From a virus (Duplodnaviria; Caudoviricetes): DNA of 49,034 nt. Location of the stretch: the IMG/VR virus record IMGVR_UViG_3300028587_000009, positions 1 to 49,034 of that record. The stretch is one strand, 5' to 3'. This document shows positions 1 to 9,326 of this stretch, in pieces. How positions within the stretch are numbered: position 1 is the first letter of the stretch; the number at the start of each line of letters is the position of its first letter. A program made the translations under genes and the position numbers. Below the pieces are notes generated by a model. It made no database searches. It was given only the letters and a program-made list of their open reading frames with translations, and was not told the DNA's origin.

Positions 1-90
1 GATGTCGCCGCGTTGGGTAGAGAGTCTCCAGAGTCTGACCGTAGGTTGTTCACGGTGAACTACCTAGTCTCGGTTAGGCAAGAGTCGTAA
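1..90 (+). CDS. 3' end of probable tail terminator/completion protein (partial)
   Basis: Frame 1 is open to TAA at 88-90 (...DRRLFTVNYLVSVRQES). It lies directly before the tail tube gene. Confidence 0.5.
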   Translation, partial: DVAALGRESPESDRRLFTVNYLVSVRQES

Positions 91-102
91 CGAGGAGTTG
101 AC

Positions 103-576
103 ATGCCAGCACCTAGCGCAACGGCACGCGGTACGCCAGCCGGTATAAAGATGGACGATGGTTACCAGACACTAATAACCTTCGCCCGTAACCCGGTCAT
201 CGCCTTCTGGGAGAAGTCGGTAACACCTCCTGGTATGGATGGTGGGGATGAGATTGATACTACCACCATGCACAACGTCAGGTTCAGGACGTTTGCTTCC
301 AGAGCACTTATCACCCTGACGGAAGGAAGCGTCACGGCTGCCTGGGACCCAGACCTGTACGACGAGATTCTTCTCTTGCTGAACGAGAACGATGTCATCA
401 CCATCACCTTCCCGGACGGTAGTACCCTGGCGTTCTGGGGCTTCTTGAAGAGCTTCGAGCCTGACGAGTTTGTCGAGGGAGAGCAGCCGACCGCAACCAT
501 TACATACGTCCCGACCAACCAGGACAACACTGGTGTCGAGCGTGCCCCGGTTATGGTGGAAGTGGCTGGTACTTGA
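103..576 (+). CDS. Major tail (tube) protein
   Basis: 157 aa, RBS GAGGAG. The IDTTT...ITITFPDGSTLAFWGFLKSF pattern resembles siphovirus tail tubes. It precedes the chaperone and tape measure genes. Confidence 0.8.
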   Translation: MPAPSATARGTPAGIKMDDGYQTLITFARNPVIAFWEKSVTPPGMDGGDEIDTTTMHNVRFRTFASRALITLTEGSVTAAWDPDLYDEILLLLNENDVITITFPDGSTLAFWGFLKSFEPDEFVEGEQPTATITYVPTNQDNTGVERAPVMVEVAGT

Positions 577-636
577 TGAGTGCGGTTTAACCGCTATACT
601 ACTAACCGTCGCCCAACTGTTTTCAGGAGCTAGACA

Positions 637-1176
637 ATGGCGAAGAAGATGTCCAAGAATGTCATCAAGAATGATGACGGTCGCTACCGCATGGATTTCA
701 GCGACCTGGAACCTATCGAGATTGGTTTCAACTACAAGGGAGTTGAGTACGTTCTGTGCGAGGCAGAAGAGTCTGTAGTGTGTGCCTACCGCAACGAGCT
801 TGCCAGGTGTACCAGGATGGGGCCAAACGGTAAGCCTACCATCATTGGCAACTATGCGGATACCGAATCGTTCCTGGTTAGCCAGTGCGTGTTCCAGGTG
901 GGTGAAGATGGTCACAAAGATCCCAAGAAACCTGTGACCCAGAAGACTATCAAGAGTTGGCCAGGTCGCATGGTAAGAGATCTGTATAATCAGGTCAGAA
1001 CCATCAGCGGTCTTAACCCCGAACAAACTCCAGACGAGGTTACTCAGATCATTCTGGATGAGAGCGAAGACCTACCTGAAGACTCACTTAGGGTATTGAT
1101 CACCAAACTAAGAGAGCAGTTGGTATCGCGATCTAAGAAGGATGAACCGGAAGAGGTAACAGCCGGGGGAAACTGA
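637..1176 (+). CDS. Tail assembly chaperone (lambda gpG-like)
   Basis: Lies between the tail tube and TMP genes and ends in the slippery sequence G GGA AAC TGA. Confidence 0.8.
   Translation: MAKKMSKNVIKNDDGRYRMDFSDLEPIEIGFNYKGVEYVLCEAEESVVCAYRNELARCTRMGPNGKPTIIGNYADTESFLVSQCVFQVGEDGHKDPKKPVTQKTIKSWPGRMVRDLYNQVRTISGLNPEQTPDEVTQIILDESEDLPEDSLRVLITKLREQLVSRSKKDEPEEVTAGGN
1167..1173 (+). other. Programmed -1 ribosomal frameshift site GGGAAAC
   Basis: X XXY YYZ heptamer in the correct phase. The -1 frame (GGG AAA CTG ATA AAG GCG AGT GAG GTG) runs into ORF 1191..1559 without a stop. Confidence 0.85.
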
Positions 1177-1190
1177 TAAAGGCGAGTGAG

Positions 1191-1559
1191 GTGTACGACG
1201 GTCACTTCACACTCGCCAAAGAGAACGGCAAACTGCTACACGAAGTTATGGGCTGGCGAGGTAGCATGACGCACCGCCAGTTCATGGCATGGGCTGAGTG
1301 GAAAGATGAGCAGTGGAATACGATGGAAAAGATGGATTACTACCTGGCCCAGATATCAGCAGTTATCCACCGTGCCAACCAGGGTAAGAAGCGTAAGAAG
1401 ATCAAGATAACTGATTACAAGATAGAGTTCAAGAAGGCAGGGGCCAAGGCTCCTAGAGAGAGTATAGCCACCACGAAGGCTAGGTGGATAGGACGACTGG
1501 GTGGCAAGGAGAACATCGAGCACAGGCTAGTCTCTCCTCCAGAAGAAAGTAGGGAGTGA
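1191..1559 (+). CDS. Tail chaperone frameshift extension (gpT-like part of gpGT)
   Basis: In the -1 frame of the upstream gene, has no convincing RBS, and abuts the TMP gene. Confidence 0.75.
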   Translation: MYDGHFTLAKENGKLLHEVMGWRGSMTHRQFMAWAEWKDEQWNTMEKMDYYLAQISAVIHRANQGKKRKKIKITDYKIEFKKAGAKAPRESIATTKARWIGRLGGKENIEHRLVSPPEESRE

Positions 1560-3958
1560 TGCCAAGCAGTACAAGTATGGGTGGCATAGTCATCCGAATC
1601 CGGGGTGACGCCAGTGGATACTTCGACGTTCTGAAGGACGTTGAGAATCAGACTATGGCGGTGGTAGCTGCCATGAACGCTGCTACCTCTGCCGCTACCG
1701 CTGCGGCTCTGTCGTTCGCCACCAACGAGTTCCGCAAGTTCAACAAGGCTCTGACTGAATCTCTCTCTATCATGGGTCTTACGGCAGACGAGGAGAAGCA
1801 GATTGAGAAGGCTTCTCTTAGTCTTGGTAGGACTGCACTTCATGGTCCTACAGACTTGGCCAAGGCGTTTTACTTCATGGCTTCTGCTGGTATGGACGCA
1901 CAGCAGTCTATTGCCGCCCTGCCTGCAATCGAGAAGTTTGCAACGGCAGGCAACTTCGACCTTGCCGCAGCCACAACGTACGCAGCAGACGCACAGGCTT
2001 CTATGGGTATGAAGTCTAAGAACGCTGCTACCAACATGAAGAGTCTGGTTCGTATCACAGACGTCTTGGTTAAGGCTGACACCCTGGCCAACGCCTCTGT
2101 GTTACAGTTCTCTCGCGCTCTGACTAGACAGGCTGGTGGTGCTCTGAAAGCGTTCGGTAAGGATGTAGAAGAAGGTGTGGCCGTCCTGGCTGCTATGGCC
2201 GATCAGGGTGTGAAAGCACAACTGGCTGGTACTCACCTGTCTATGATCATCAGGCACTTGACCAAGAACGCCATCAAGAACGAGAACGCATTCAAAAGGT
2301 ACGGAATCGCCGTATTCGACAATGCTGGTGAGATGCGTAACTTCGCAGACATCATTGAGGATATGGAGAATGCGTTCGGTCCGATGAACGACGAGCTAAG
2401 ATCTGCCGCATTCCTGCAACTCGGATTCGAGGCTAGGATGCAGCAATCTATCATGCCTCTGCTTGGCACCAGCGACGCTATCCGTCGGTACGAGAAGGAG
2501 TTGAGGAACGCTGGTGGTATGACTGAGAAGGTCGCCAACAAGCAGATGACCAGCTTCCACAACCAGTTACAGATTATCTGGAATAACGTGGTTGCGTTTG
2601 GCATCGACATAGGCAGAGAAGTAGTGCCGATAATGTTGGCTCTGGGTTTTACTCTGAAGTTCGCATTAGGGGTATGGGCCGACCTACCACCAGTTGTTAA
2701 GAAGACTACGGCTGCTGTATTGATGGGTGTGGTAGCATTCACCACCTTCGCAGCAGTTGTGTTCACAGCCGGTATGATCTTCAACAAGATGTTCGGTGGT
2801 ATAGGTATAATCCTGGGAGTTATCGTTACTGGTGTTGCCGCTATGGCAGGTGCCTTTGCAGGTATAGGCTACAGTGCTGCAGACAGCCTGGGTGTCTTTG
2901 ACGACATGCAGAAGCAGTTCACATCCTTCTGGAAGAGTACGGAACCTGTAAGGTTGGCATTAGTATCTCTGATTAGCCTGATTTGGGATATGGGTGGTGC
3001 TATACTGTCATCTCTCGGTAAAGATGCTATGGGGGCTATCAAAGGTATAGCTGGTGTAACTCTAACCGTACAAGATGCTATGTTCATGCTGGCTGCCTCC
3101 ATCAACGCCGTAGAGTTTGCTATACTCCACATACGAGAGATATGGGACGTCCTAGCTACTTTCGTTCTGTTCAAGTTAGAAGAGGCTAAGAATGCGGTAA
3201 TACACGTATTCACGGCAGTCATACCAACCACTTTTAAGAACAGTATCAAGATCATGAAGCAACTCTGGGGTTCCCTATTTGACTGGGCACAGGGGTTCTT
3301 GACGACCTTCGCGGAGAACTTCAAGAACATCTTTAGTAATATCGGTGATATCATCACTGGGAAGAAGAAGATAGGTGATCTACTCCAGCAGGCACCGAAG
3401 TTCCAGTGGAACATCAGAGACCTTGATCCTATACCCGAAAGGGAGATGGGAGAATTAGAGAAGAAACTCCATGATCAGTTCATGGGTATGGCAGAGGACT
3501 TGAACGACGACCTTAACAAGTTCCTCGGGATGAAGATTGATATGCAGTTTGCCAAGAATACTCTACCACACCTTGACGACGCCAACGACAAGACAAAAGA
3601 GTGGCGAGACAACATGGCTGATGTTGTTAAGGAAACTCAGCGATTTGACGCTGCTCTTACTGGTAGTGCAGAGGCTTTCACTCGGATCATGGAGTTCAGT
3701 GACCGGCTTAAGTTTGATGCGATTGCAAAGGAAACCAGAGATCGTACCAAGGTCCAAAGGGCTGGCAACCTTCCAGCACACATACCGGCACTCGGACCCA
3801 TAGGTGGTGCCAAGAAAGTAGCCCTGGAACCCAACGCTGGGATGGGTGGTGGATTAGAGGGTAACAACATAGCCGGACTACTGGCTAGAATTGCCCAGGC
3901 AACAGAGGAGCAGGCACGACGACCCGGTCTTCGTCTCGATGCTGCCGGTCTGACATAA
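1556..3958 (+). CDS. Tail tape measure protein (TP901-like)
   Basis: 800 aa, Ala-rich and helical, with a TP901-type core (DLAKAFYFMASAG, GVKAQLAGT, GEMRNFADII) and a central hydrophobic segment. Confidence 0.92.
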   Translation: MMPSSTSMGGIVIRIRGDASGYFDVLKDVENQTMAVVAAMNAATSAATAAALSFATNEFRKFNKALTESLSIMGLTADEEKQIEKASLSLGRTALHGPTDLAKAFYFMASAGMDAQQSIAALPAIEKFATAGNFDLAAATTYAADAQASMGMKSKNAATNMKSLVRITDVLVKADTLANASVLQFSRALTRQAGGALKAFGKDVEEGVAVLAAMADQGVKAQLAGTHLSMIIRHLTKNAIKNENAFKRYGIAVFDNAGEMRNFADIIEDMENAFGPMNDELRSAAFLQLGFEARMQQSIMPLLGTSDAIRRYEKELRNAGGMTEKVANKQMTSFHNQLQIIWNNVVAFGIDIGREVVPIMLALGFTLKFALGVWADLPPVVKKTTAAVLMGVVAFTTFAAVVFTAGMIFNKMFGGIGIILGVIVTGVAAMAGAFAGIGYSAADSLGVFDDMQKQFTSFWKSTEPVRLALVSLISLIWDMGGAILSSLGKDAMGAIKGIAGVTLTVQDAMFMLAASINAVEFAILHIREIWDVLATFVLFKLEEAKNAVIHVFTAVIPTTFKNSIKIMKQLWGSLFDWAQGFLTTFAENFKNIFSNIGDIITGKKKIGDLLQQAPKFQWNIRDLDPIPEREMGELEKKLHDQFMGMAEDLNDDLNKFLGMKIDMQFAKNTLPHLDDANDKTKEWRDNMADVVKETQRFDAALTGSAEAFTRIMEFSDRLKFDAIAKETRDRTKVQRAGNLPAHIPALGPIGGAKKVALEPNAGMGGGLEGNNIAGLLARIAQATEEQARRPGLRLDAAGLT

Positions 3959-3969
3959 GGAGGATATTC

Positions 3970-5253
3970 ATGGCAACCTTCCTGCTAGACGGACAAAGAA
4001 CTTGGAGTGGTGTAAGAGACGATGAAGGTCATCGAACCTGGAGTATAACCTTCTTGGTGAAAGGCTCCAGGCTTGACGGTCCAGCCAACGCCTTGAATAC
4101 TCCTGGGTTACCACTACCGGGTACGCTGTGGGCTTTCGACAACGATACAGACTTCTATGCCTGGTGCAGACCGAACGCTACGGTTACTCCATTACTAGAC
4201 AATGAACCTAATAACTACTTTGAAGTGGAGATGGAATTCTCCACCAAGCCGCCCGAGCGTAACAAGCAAAGGTGCAACGACGTTCAGATAGAAGACCCTA
4301 TCCTGGAGCCACCGAAGATTAGCGGCTCTTTCACTCGGTACACAGAAGAAGCAACGCACGACGTTAATGGCAGACCAGTAGTTAACTCCGCATTTGAGCA
4401 AATGCGAGGGCCACACGTAGAGTTTGACAAATCCAGACCGGCTGTCAAGATCGAGCAGAACCTTATCAACATGCAGTACACAGTGTGTGCTTCCATGATG
4501 GACTGCGTGAACGATCGGACACTATGGGGTTTGCCACCGAGGACCATCAAGCTGTCGCAGTTTAGTTGGGACCGTAAGTACCACGGTTTCTGCTACAAGT
4601 ACTATACCCGTACCCTTGAGTTCGAGGTTAATTACAACACCTGGGATAGATCTCTACTAGACGAGGGTACCAAGGTTCTGAAGGGCGAATGGAATTTCAA
4701 CACTGGTGCGTGGGAACTAAAGAACATCAACGGTGCGCCACCAGATCCATTCAACCCCACACACTTCATCCGCTACAAGGATCAGAACGGCGAGAACACT
4801 CGAGTAGTCTTGAACGGCAGGGGATTACCTGCCCTTACCAACATTGGCACAGGTAAGAGGTATATCTGTATCTCTAATGGAACCATAGGTATACCACTGT
4901 CAAATTCTAGCAAGTGGATTCCTATCTTCCAGGAAGACCTGTCGTTCATCATCGACTGGGTGTTTTCTACAAGTGTGTACCATAGGGGCTGGCTGGTAGC
5001 CTACGACGGTGCGTACTACGTTGCACATAAAGATGCACCTGGACAGATTGAACCACCAGATGAGTTGGGTACACCCTATTGGACTCCATTGATCAACAAC
5101 ATAGTAGATACGGGTAACTTCAACTTGGGTACAACGTATCAGAGGGGACAGGTGGTAACAGATCTTAGTGGCGAGACTGGTGCAGGTTCTATCATCGTCA
5201 GGAAGTATCCGGGTGTCAACTTCCTCCTCCTAGGGATACCAGCAGTACTGTAA
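3970..5253 (+). CDS. Tail tip/baseplate protein (putative)
   Basis: 427 aa, directly after the TMP gene, RBS AAGGAGG, beta-rich. Confidence 0.55.
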   Translation: MATFLLDGQRTWSGVRDDEGHRTWSITFLVKGSRLDGPANALNTPGLPLPGTLWAFDNDTDFYAWCRPNATVTPLLDNEPNNYFEVEMEFSTKPPERNKQRCNDVQIEDPILEPPKISGSFTRYTEEATHDVNGRPVVNSAFEQMRGPHVEFDKSRPAVKIEQNLINMQYTVCASMMDCVNDRTLWGLPPRTIKLSQFSWDRKYHGFCYKYYTRTLEFEVNYNTWDRSLLDEGTKVLKGEWNFNTGAWELKNINGAPPDPFNPTHFIRYKDQNGENTRVVLNGRGLPALTNIGTGKRYICISNGTIGIPLSNSSKWIPIFQEDLSFIIDWVFSTSVYHRGWLVAYDGAYYVAHKDAPGQIEPPDELGTPYWTPLINNIVDTGNFNLGTTYQRGQVVTDLSGETGAGSIIVRKYPGVNFLLLGIPAVL

Positions 5254-5263
5254 GGAGCTAGTC

Positions 5264-5689
5264 ATGGCTAACGAGATATCCATTCGATCCCAGCTAACCG
5301 TACGCAAGGGCTACATAGACTACCGGTCTAATCCGGTAGCGTTCGAGGCGGATATGGCTGGTGCCAAGGGTCCGACTCCAGGTGCCATAGCTGCCAGCAC
5401 TGATGGAGTTGATGTGGACCTGTCGGAACTAACCACGCCCGGTGTTGCCAGGTTCATGAACATAGACGATACAAACTTCGTCGAGTATGGTATATTTGAT
5501 CCAGAGACTAACGTGTTCTATCCGTTCGGCAAGATACTGCCGGGTGAAACCTACGTGGTTCGACTGTCCAGTAACTTCGGTGAGCAGTACGCTGGTACTG
5601 GTACTGGTACAACGGCAGCCACCAATACGTTGAGATTCAAGGCCAACACTGCCAGTGTGAACGTGGTAGTAGAGGTATTCGAGGAGTAA
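5264..5689 (+). CDS. Putative virion structural protein
   Basis: RBS AAGGAG, beta-rich, within the tail module. Confidence 0.55.
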   Translation: MANEISIRSQLTVRKGYIDYRSNPVAFEADMAGAKGPTPGAIAASTDGVDVDLSELTTPGVARFMNIDDTNFVEYGIFDPETNVFYPFGKILPGETYVVRLSSNFGEQYAGTGTGTTAATNTLRFKANTASVNVVVEVFEE

Positions 5690-5722
5690 GGTGTCGAAGA
5701 CTTCTTTAATAAGGAGTGAGTC

Positions 5723-6376
5723 ATGACAAAGGACAGAGAGATTGAGCGAGACTTCGATTCCGATGCACGGGCCATCGAGGAATTCCACGAGAGGCGTAAG
5801 CAGAAGACTGCTACCAAGGCCAACCCCGTCATGATGCAAGTTGAACCGCCACCTATTCCTCTGGAAGAAGGGGAGAAACTGGCTGATCTGAAGGAAGAGA
5901 CCAATACCAGGGAGTACATAGTTAGGCCAACACTGTCCCTAGTTCAAGACATCTACCATCAGGCTTCTGCACAGGAACCCGAGCAGGTGTCTGCCAGATA
6001 TAGCAGGGTGTTGTCCGACAACGAGCAGATGTATCGTCGCAAGACTACGCTGACGGATGAATGGCGACTCCTGGACGTCGGCTGGGTAAACAAGATCGGT
6101 CTGGTAGTTATCCACAATGACGAGGGTAGCAACTTCCGTAACCAGCCCTCGTCACACGAGTTGATGCAGGTTGCTCAGAGGGTTATCGAAGTCTGTTTCA
6201 TACCAAAGCAACCTCCTAACAGAGACATGCACTCGCCTGCCAAGCCAAAGTTGTTAGCCCACATCATCGTCAGACCCGGTGAGTTGGTACACTTCGAGCC
6301 GGATGAGGGTGCTGAGGTTATGTGGAGGTGTAGATTCGGTAGCACCCGCTGCACCCTGTACGTAGTTCCTGCTTGA
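5723..6376 (+). CDS. Hypothetical protein; C-terminal half resembles 5264..5689
   Basis: RBS AAGGAG. Shares the pattern DxxxxxxxGxxxxxN...PGE...terminal beta strands with the preceding gene. Confidence 0.55.
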   Translation: MTKDREIERDFDSDARAIEEFHERRKQKTATKANPVMMQVEPPPIPLEEGEKLADLKEETNTREYIVRPTLSLVQDIYHQASAQEPEQVSARYSRVLSDNEQMYRRKTTLTDEWRLLDVGWVNKIGLVVIHNDEGSNFRNQPSSHELMQVAQRVIEVCFIPKQPPNRDMHSPAKPKLLAHIIVRPGELVHFEPDEGAEVMWRCRFGSTRCTLYVVPA

Positions 6377-6404
6377 TACTCTCCTCCAGAGAAAGTGGTG
6401 AGTC

Positions 6405-7268
6405 ATGGCCGAGAGATACTTGCTCAGCGCAGACGACCTGGACATACTGCGTCGCATCATCAACTCTGTTGACAAGACTCCTAAGAACAAGGTAGGGCAC
6501 AAGTACCACAACCTGGACGACCCACCTTCCCCTGACGTGTACATAGCCTACACCCCTGGCGGAATACAGGGTAGATCCGGTATCAACGCTGGTTACGGAG
6601 ACTGTGACATCTACCGTATATCCTGGCAGGACAACATCCCTGTGCTGGTACAGGCTACTACTCTTCAGAGAGTGGTTAACGTAGGTACAGACGGTATTAA
6701 CGCAGACTCATTCTTCTCGGTCAAGAGGGATAAGTACGGAACCTGGCTGGCCGACGCCTTCTCTTCTGATAGTGACGTTGGTACTGGTACGGGAACGGCT
6801 GTAGATCCTGGAGCTAGTGCTGCGTTCTCCGGGGCAAAGGTTAGCTGCCAGTCTGGGCAATCCATACCAAACGGTGGGTTCGGTTCGGAGACTGCCATAG
6901 TCTTTGACTTTGAGGCGTATGATCAAGGTGGTTACTGGAGCGCTGGTAACCCTACGAGATTCACAATACCAGAGTCTGGCTATTATCACGTAGGGGGTAG
7001 TGCTCTGTTTGACCCGAGCCAAACGTACACGTTGCAACTACTTACCATATACAGGAACGGTATATTGGCTCATGACAACGAGTGGCAGAACCACCCCCAT
7101 GCCACCGGTCAGGATGCTAATCGTAGCTCCATGTGGCTGGCCATAGACTTCTTCTTCACAGCCGGTCAGTATATAGAGTTACGGGTTGGTCAGACCAATT
7201 CTGGCAGTGCCAACAGGTTAGTCAGTGGTGGTGATGCACAGTTCTGGATTCACAAACTAGGTTCGTAG
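6405..7268 (+). CDS. Tail fibre/receptor-binding protein with C-terminal C1q/TNF-like domain
   Basis: FSGAKV...IVFDFEAYDQGGYW...TRFTIPESGYYHV...AGQYIELRV follows a C1q-like pattern. Confidence 0.65.
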   Translation: MAERYLLSADDLDILRRIINSVDKTPKNKVGHKYHNLDDPPSPDVYIAYTPGGIQGRSGINAGYGDCDIYRISWQDNIPVLVQATTLQRVVNVGTDGINADSFFSVKRDKYGTWLADAFSSDSDVGTGTGTAVDPGASAAFSGAKVSCQSGQSIPNGGFGSETAIVFDFEAYDQGGYWSAGNPTRFTIPESGYYHVGGSALFDPSQTYTLQLLTIYRNGILAHDNEWQNHPHATGQDANRSSMWLAIDFFFTAGQYIELRVGQTNSGSANRLVSGGDAQFWIHKLGS

Positions 7269-7272
7269 AGTG

Positions 7273-7301
7273 TTGACCTTTAGCCAGGGTTCGTATATTG
7301 T
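7273..7301 (+). promoter_or_regulatory. Putative sigma70-type promoter
   Basis: TTGACC-N17-TATTGT in an intergenic gap. Confidence 0.4.
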
Positions 7302-7336
7302 ACTACCCTAGTAGTTCCTCAAACATGGAGACAAAC

Positions 7337-7636
7337 ATGAAACACAGGCTCCGAGTCGTCTTCGATGAAGAGACTGGCGACTTGCAGGTGACACATTCCT
7401 GCACGGTTACGATGGGTGACCAGAAGGTTACCAAGTCTGAAGTCATCACCCTTGAGTCTCAGGACTCATTCCTGGATTCCCTGAAGGAGATCCTCAAGGC
7501 CAACCGAAAGACAATGGAAAGGATGACTAAAGAGTCCGCTGTCGAGCACATGGCAGCGGTTCAAGGTGTGATGCGAAGGAATCGTAAACAGCAAGCCATT
7601 ACTGGCAAGATGAGTCCAGTAGGAAAGGAAGAGTGA
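7337..7636 (+). CDS. Hypothetical protein
   Basis: ATG at 7337 with GGAG RBS; fits the operon. Confidence 0.6.
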   Translation: MKHRLRVVFDEETGDLQVTHSCTVTMGDQKVTKSEVITLESQDSFLDSLKEILKANRKTMERMTKESAVEHMAAVQGVMRRNRKQQAITGKMSPVGKEE

Positions 7637-7639
7637 ATC

Positions 7640-8275
7640 GTGCTCGGATTTACAAGCCTTATCGACAGGGTTGTTGTGCGACAAGACAAGCAACCTATCC
7701 GTGAACCTTCTGCCTGGTGGAAGTTCTGCAACACCCTCAAGCTGATCCGGGATGGCTCCCTATTCATACCCTTACTGGCAAGGGTAGCCAGGAGACTTGG
7801 CCTGGCTGTTATATACTCCGAGTTGTACGGTCACGTCAGACACGCTGACGGCACCATCACCAACTACGGACTGCTGGGTAGGAATGTCATCACCGATGCT
7901 GGGGTAGCATTCCTGGCTGACGACTTCGGTGCAGGTGGTAGTGAAATCTCCAATATGAAGTTCCACGGATATGGAACCGGCACTACCAACGAAGCTGCCA
8001 GTCAGACAGCACTGGTAACCGAGTTGACAACTGAGTATGCCAGTAACATCAGACCAACTGGAACTCAGTCGGATTCTACCAATACGTACACCACGGTTGG
8101 TACACTCACCCCTGACTCTGGTGGTACCCTGGCGATAACAGAACATGGTATCTTCAGTGCCAGTTCTGCTGGCACTCTGTGGGATCGAACCAAGTTCACC
8201 GCCATTAACCTGGACTCGACGGCAGGAGATTCGCTGGTAACAACCTACGTCGCTACCTTCCCGAGTGGTGGATAA
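7640..8275 (+). CDS. Putative virion/tail structural protein
   Basis: The NVITDAG...GTGTT...TALVTE...ITEHGIF...LWDRTKF pattern recalls phage tail-fibre/collar N-terminal domains. Confidence 0.6.
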   Translation: MLGFTSLIDRVVVRQDKQPIREPSAWWKFCNTLKLIRDGSLFIPLLARVARRLGLAVIYSELYGHVRHADGTITNYGLLGRNVITDAGVAFLADDFGAGGSEISNMKFHGYGTGTTNEAASQTALVTELTTEYASNIRPTGTQSDSTNTYTTVGTLTPDSGGTLAITEHGIFSASSAGTLWDRTKFTAINLDSTAGDSLVTTYVATFPSGG

Positions 8276-8276
8276 C

Positions 8277-8783
8277 ATGGCCCTCACATCAACTCAACTG
8301 ACTGCTCTGAAGAATGCTATCAACGCCGATGGAACACTGTCGGCGTTGCCTAACAACAGTGACGGCAACTCTAGCATTGCTGCTGCTTTCAATCTTCAAG
8401 CCGTACCAGACTGGACCATCTGGAAAAAACTAGTGCCAGTAGCAGACATTGGTAAGAAGATAAATGGAACTGAGTTGGCTGGGCTGACCTCGCTCAACCA
8501 CACCCGACTCCAAACCATCATCACCCTTACCACTGCTTCTGGTGGGCTGGATGCTAGCTTGGCAGATCAGAGACAGTTCTTCGACGACATCTTCAGTGGT
8601 GCCGGAGGAACCAATACCAGAGCAGCACTCCTTATCCTGTGGAAGAAACTATCTAGCCGTGCAGAGAAGCTGTTCAGTACTGGTACTGGCAGCAACGCTT
8701 CCCCGGCTACGACGGATAGTAACATTGGTATGAACTTCACTCTAACCGTGGCAGACGTAGAACAGGCCCGTAACCTGCCGTGA
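8277..8783 (+). CDS. Putative virion protein
   Basis: ATG immediately after the previous stop; Ala/Thr-rich. Confidence 0.6.
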   Translation: MALTSTQLTALKNAINADGTLSALPNNSDGNSSIAAAFNLQAVPDWTIWKKLVPVADIGKKINGTELAGLTSLNHTRLQTIITLTTASGGLDASLADQRQFFDDIFSGAGGTNTRAALLILWKKLSSRAEKLFSTGTGSNASPATTDSNIGMNFTLTVADVEQARNLP

Positions 8784-8798
8784 TATAAGGGGCAAAAA

Positions 8799-9314
8799 AT
8801 GGCAGCAGGTGATATCACCACCGTATGGGGTTCTACAACTAGTAGCTCTGGTGGTCTAACTTCTCTCGGGTCGTCCAGCACGTTCATCGCAGGTTACGAG
8901 TGGTTCAAGGTGGATGTAGACGGCATGACGCCTGCTCCTCTAGACGTTCGACACCAGGGAAAGATTCGTGTAGGTACTACTCCCACTATCAACACAGAGA
9001 TAAGGATTTACCTAGTAGCCAGTGATAACGATAGTACCTGGCCAGACGTATTCGACGGTGCTGCCAGTGCCGAGACAGTCACGAGTGCTGGTGTCAGGGA
9101 TGGATTCGCCAAGCTAGTAGCTGTCTTACCTGTAGACAGCACTACGTCTGACAGGGACTATCCGTACAGCTTCAAGGCTTCTGATGCCTTCGGTGCCGCG
9201 CTGCCCAAGGCATATGTCCTGTTCGTGGCTCATAACACTGGTGTGAATCTTAACAGCACGGCTGGTAACCACACCTACGAGTATACTCCTGTCTACGCCA
9301 ACGTGGCCGCGTAA
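8799..9314 (+). CDS. Putative virion protein (beta-sandwich)
   Basis: Operon position and composition. Confidence 0.6.
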   Translation: MAAGDITTVWGSTTSSSGGLTSLGSSSTFIAGYEWFKVDVDGMTPAPLDVRHQGKIRVGTTPTINTEIRIYLVASDNDSTWPDVFDGAASAETVTSAGVRDGFAKLVAVLPVDSTTSDRDYPYSFKASDAFGAALPKAYVLFVAHNTGVNLNSTAGNHTYEYTPVYANVAA

Positions 9315-9326
9315 TGGAGAAGAAAC

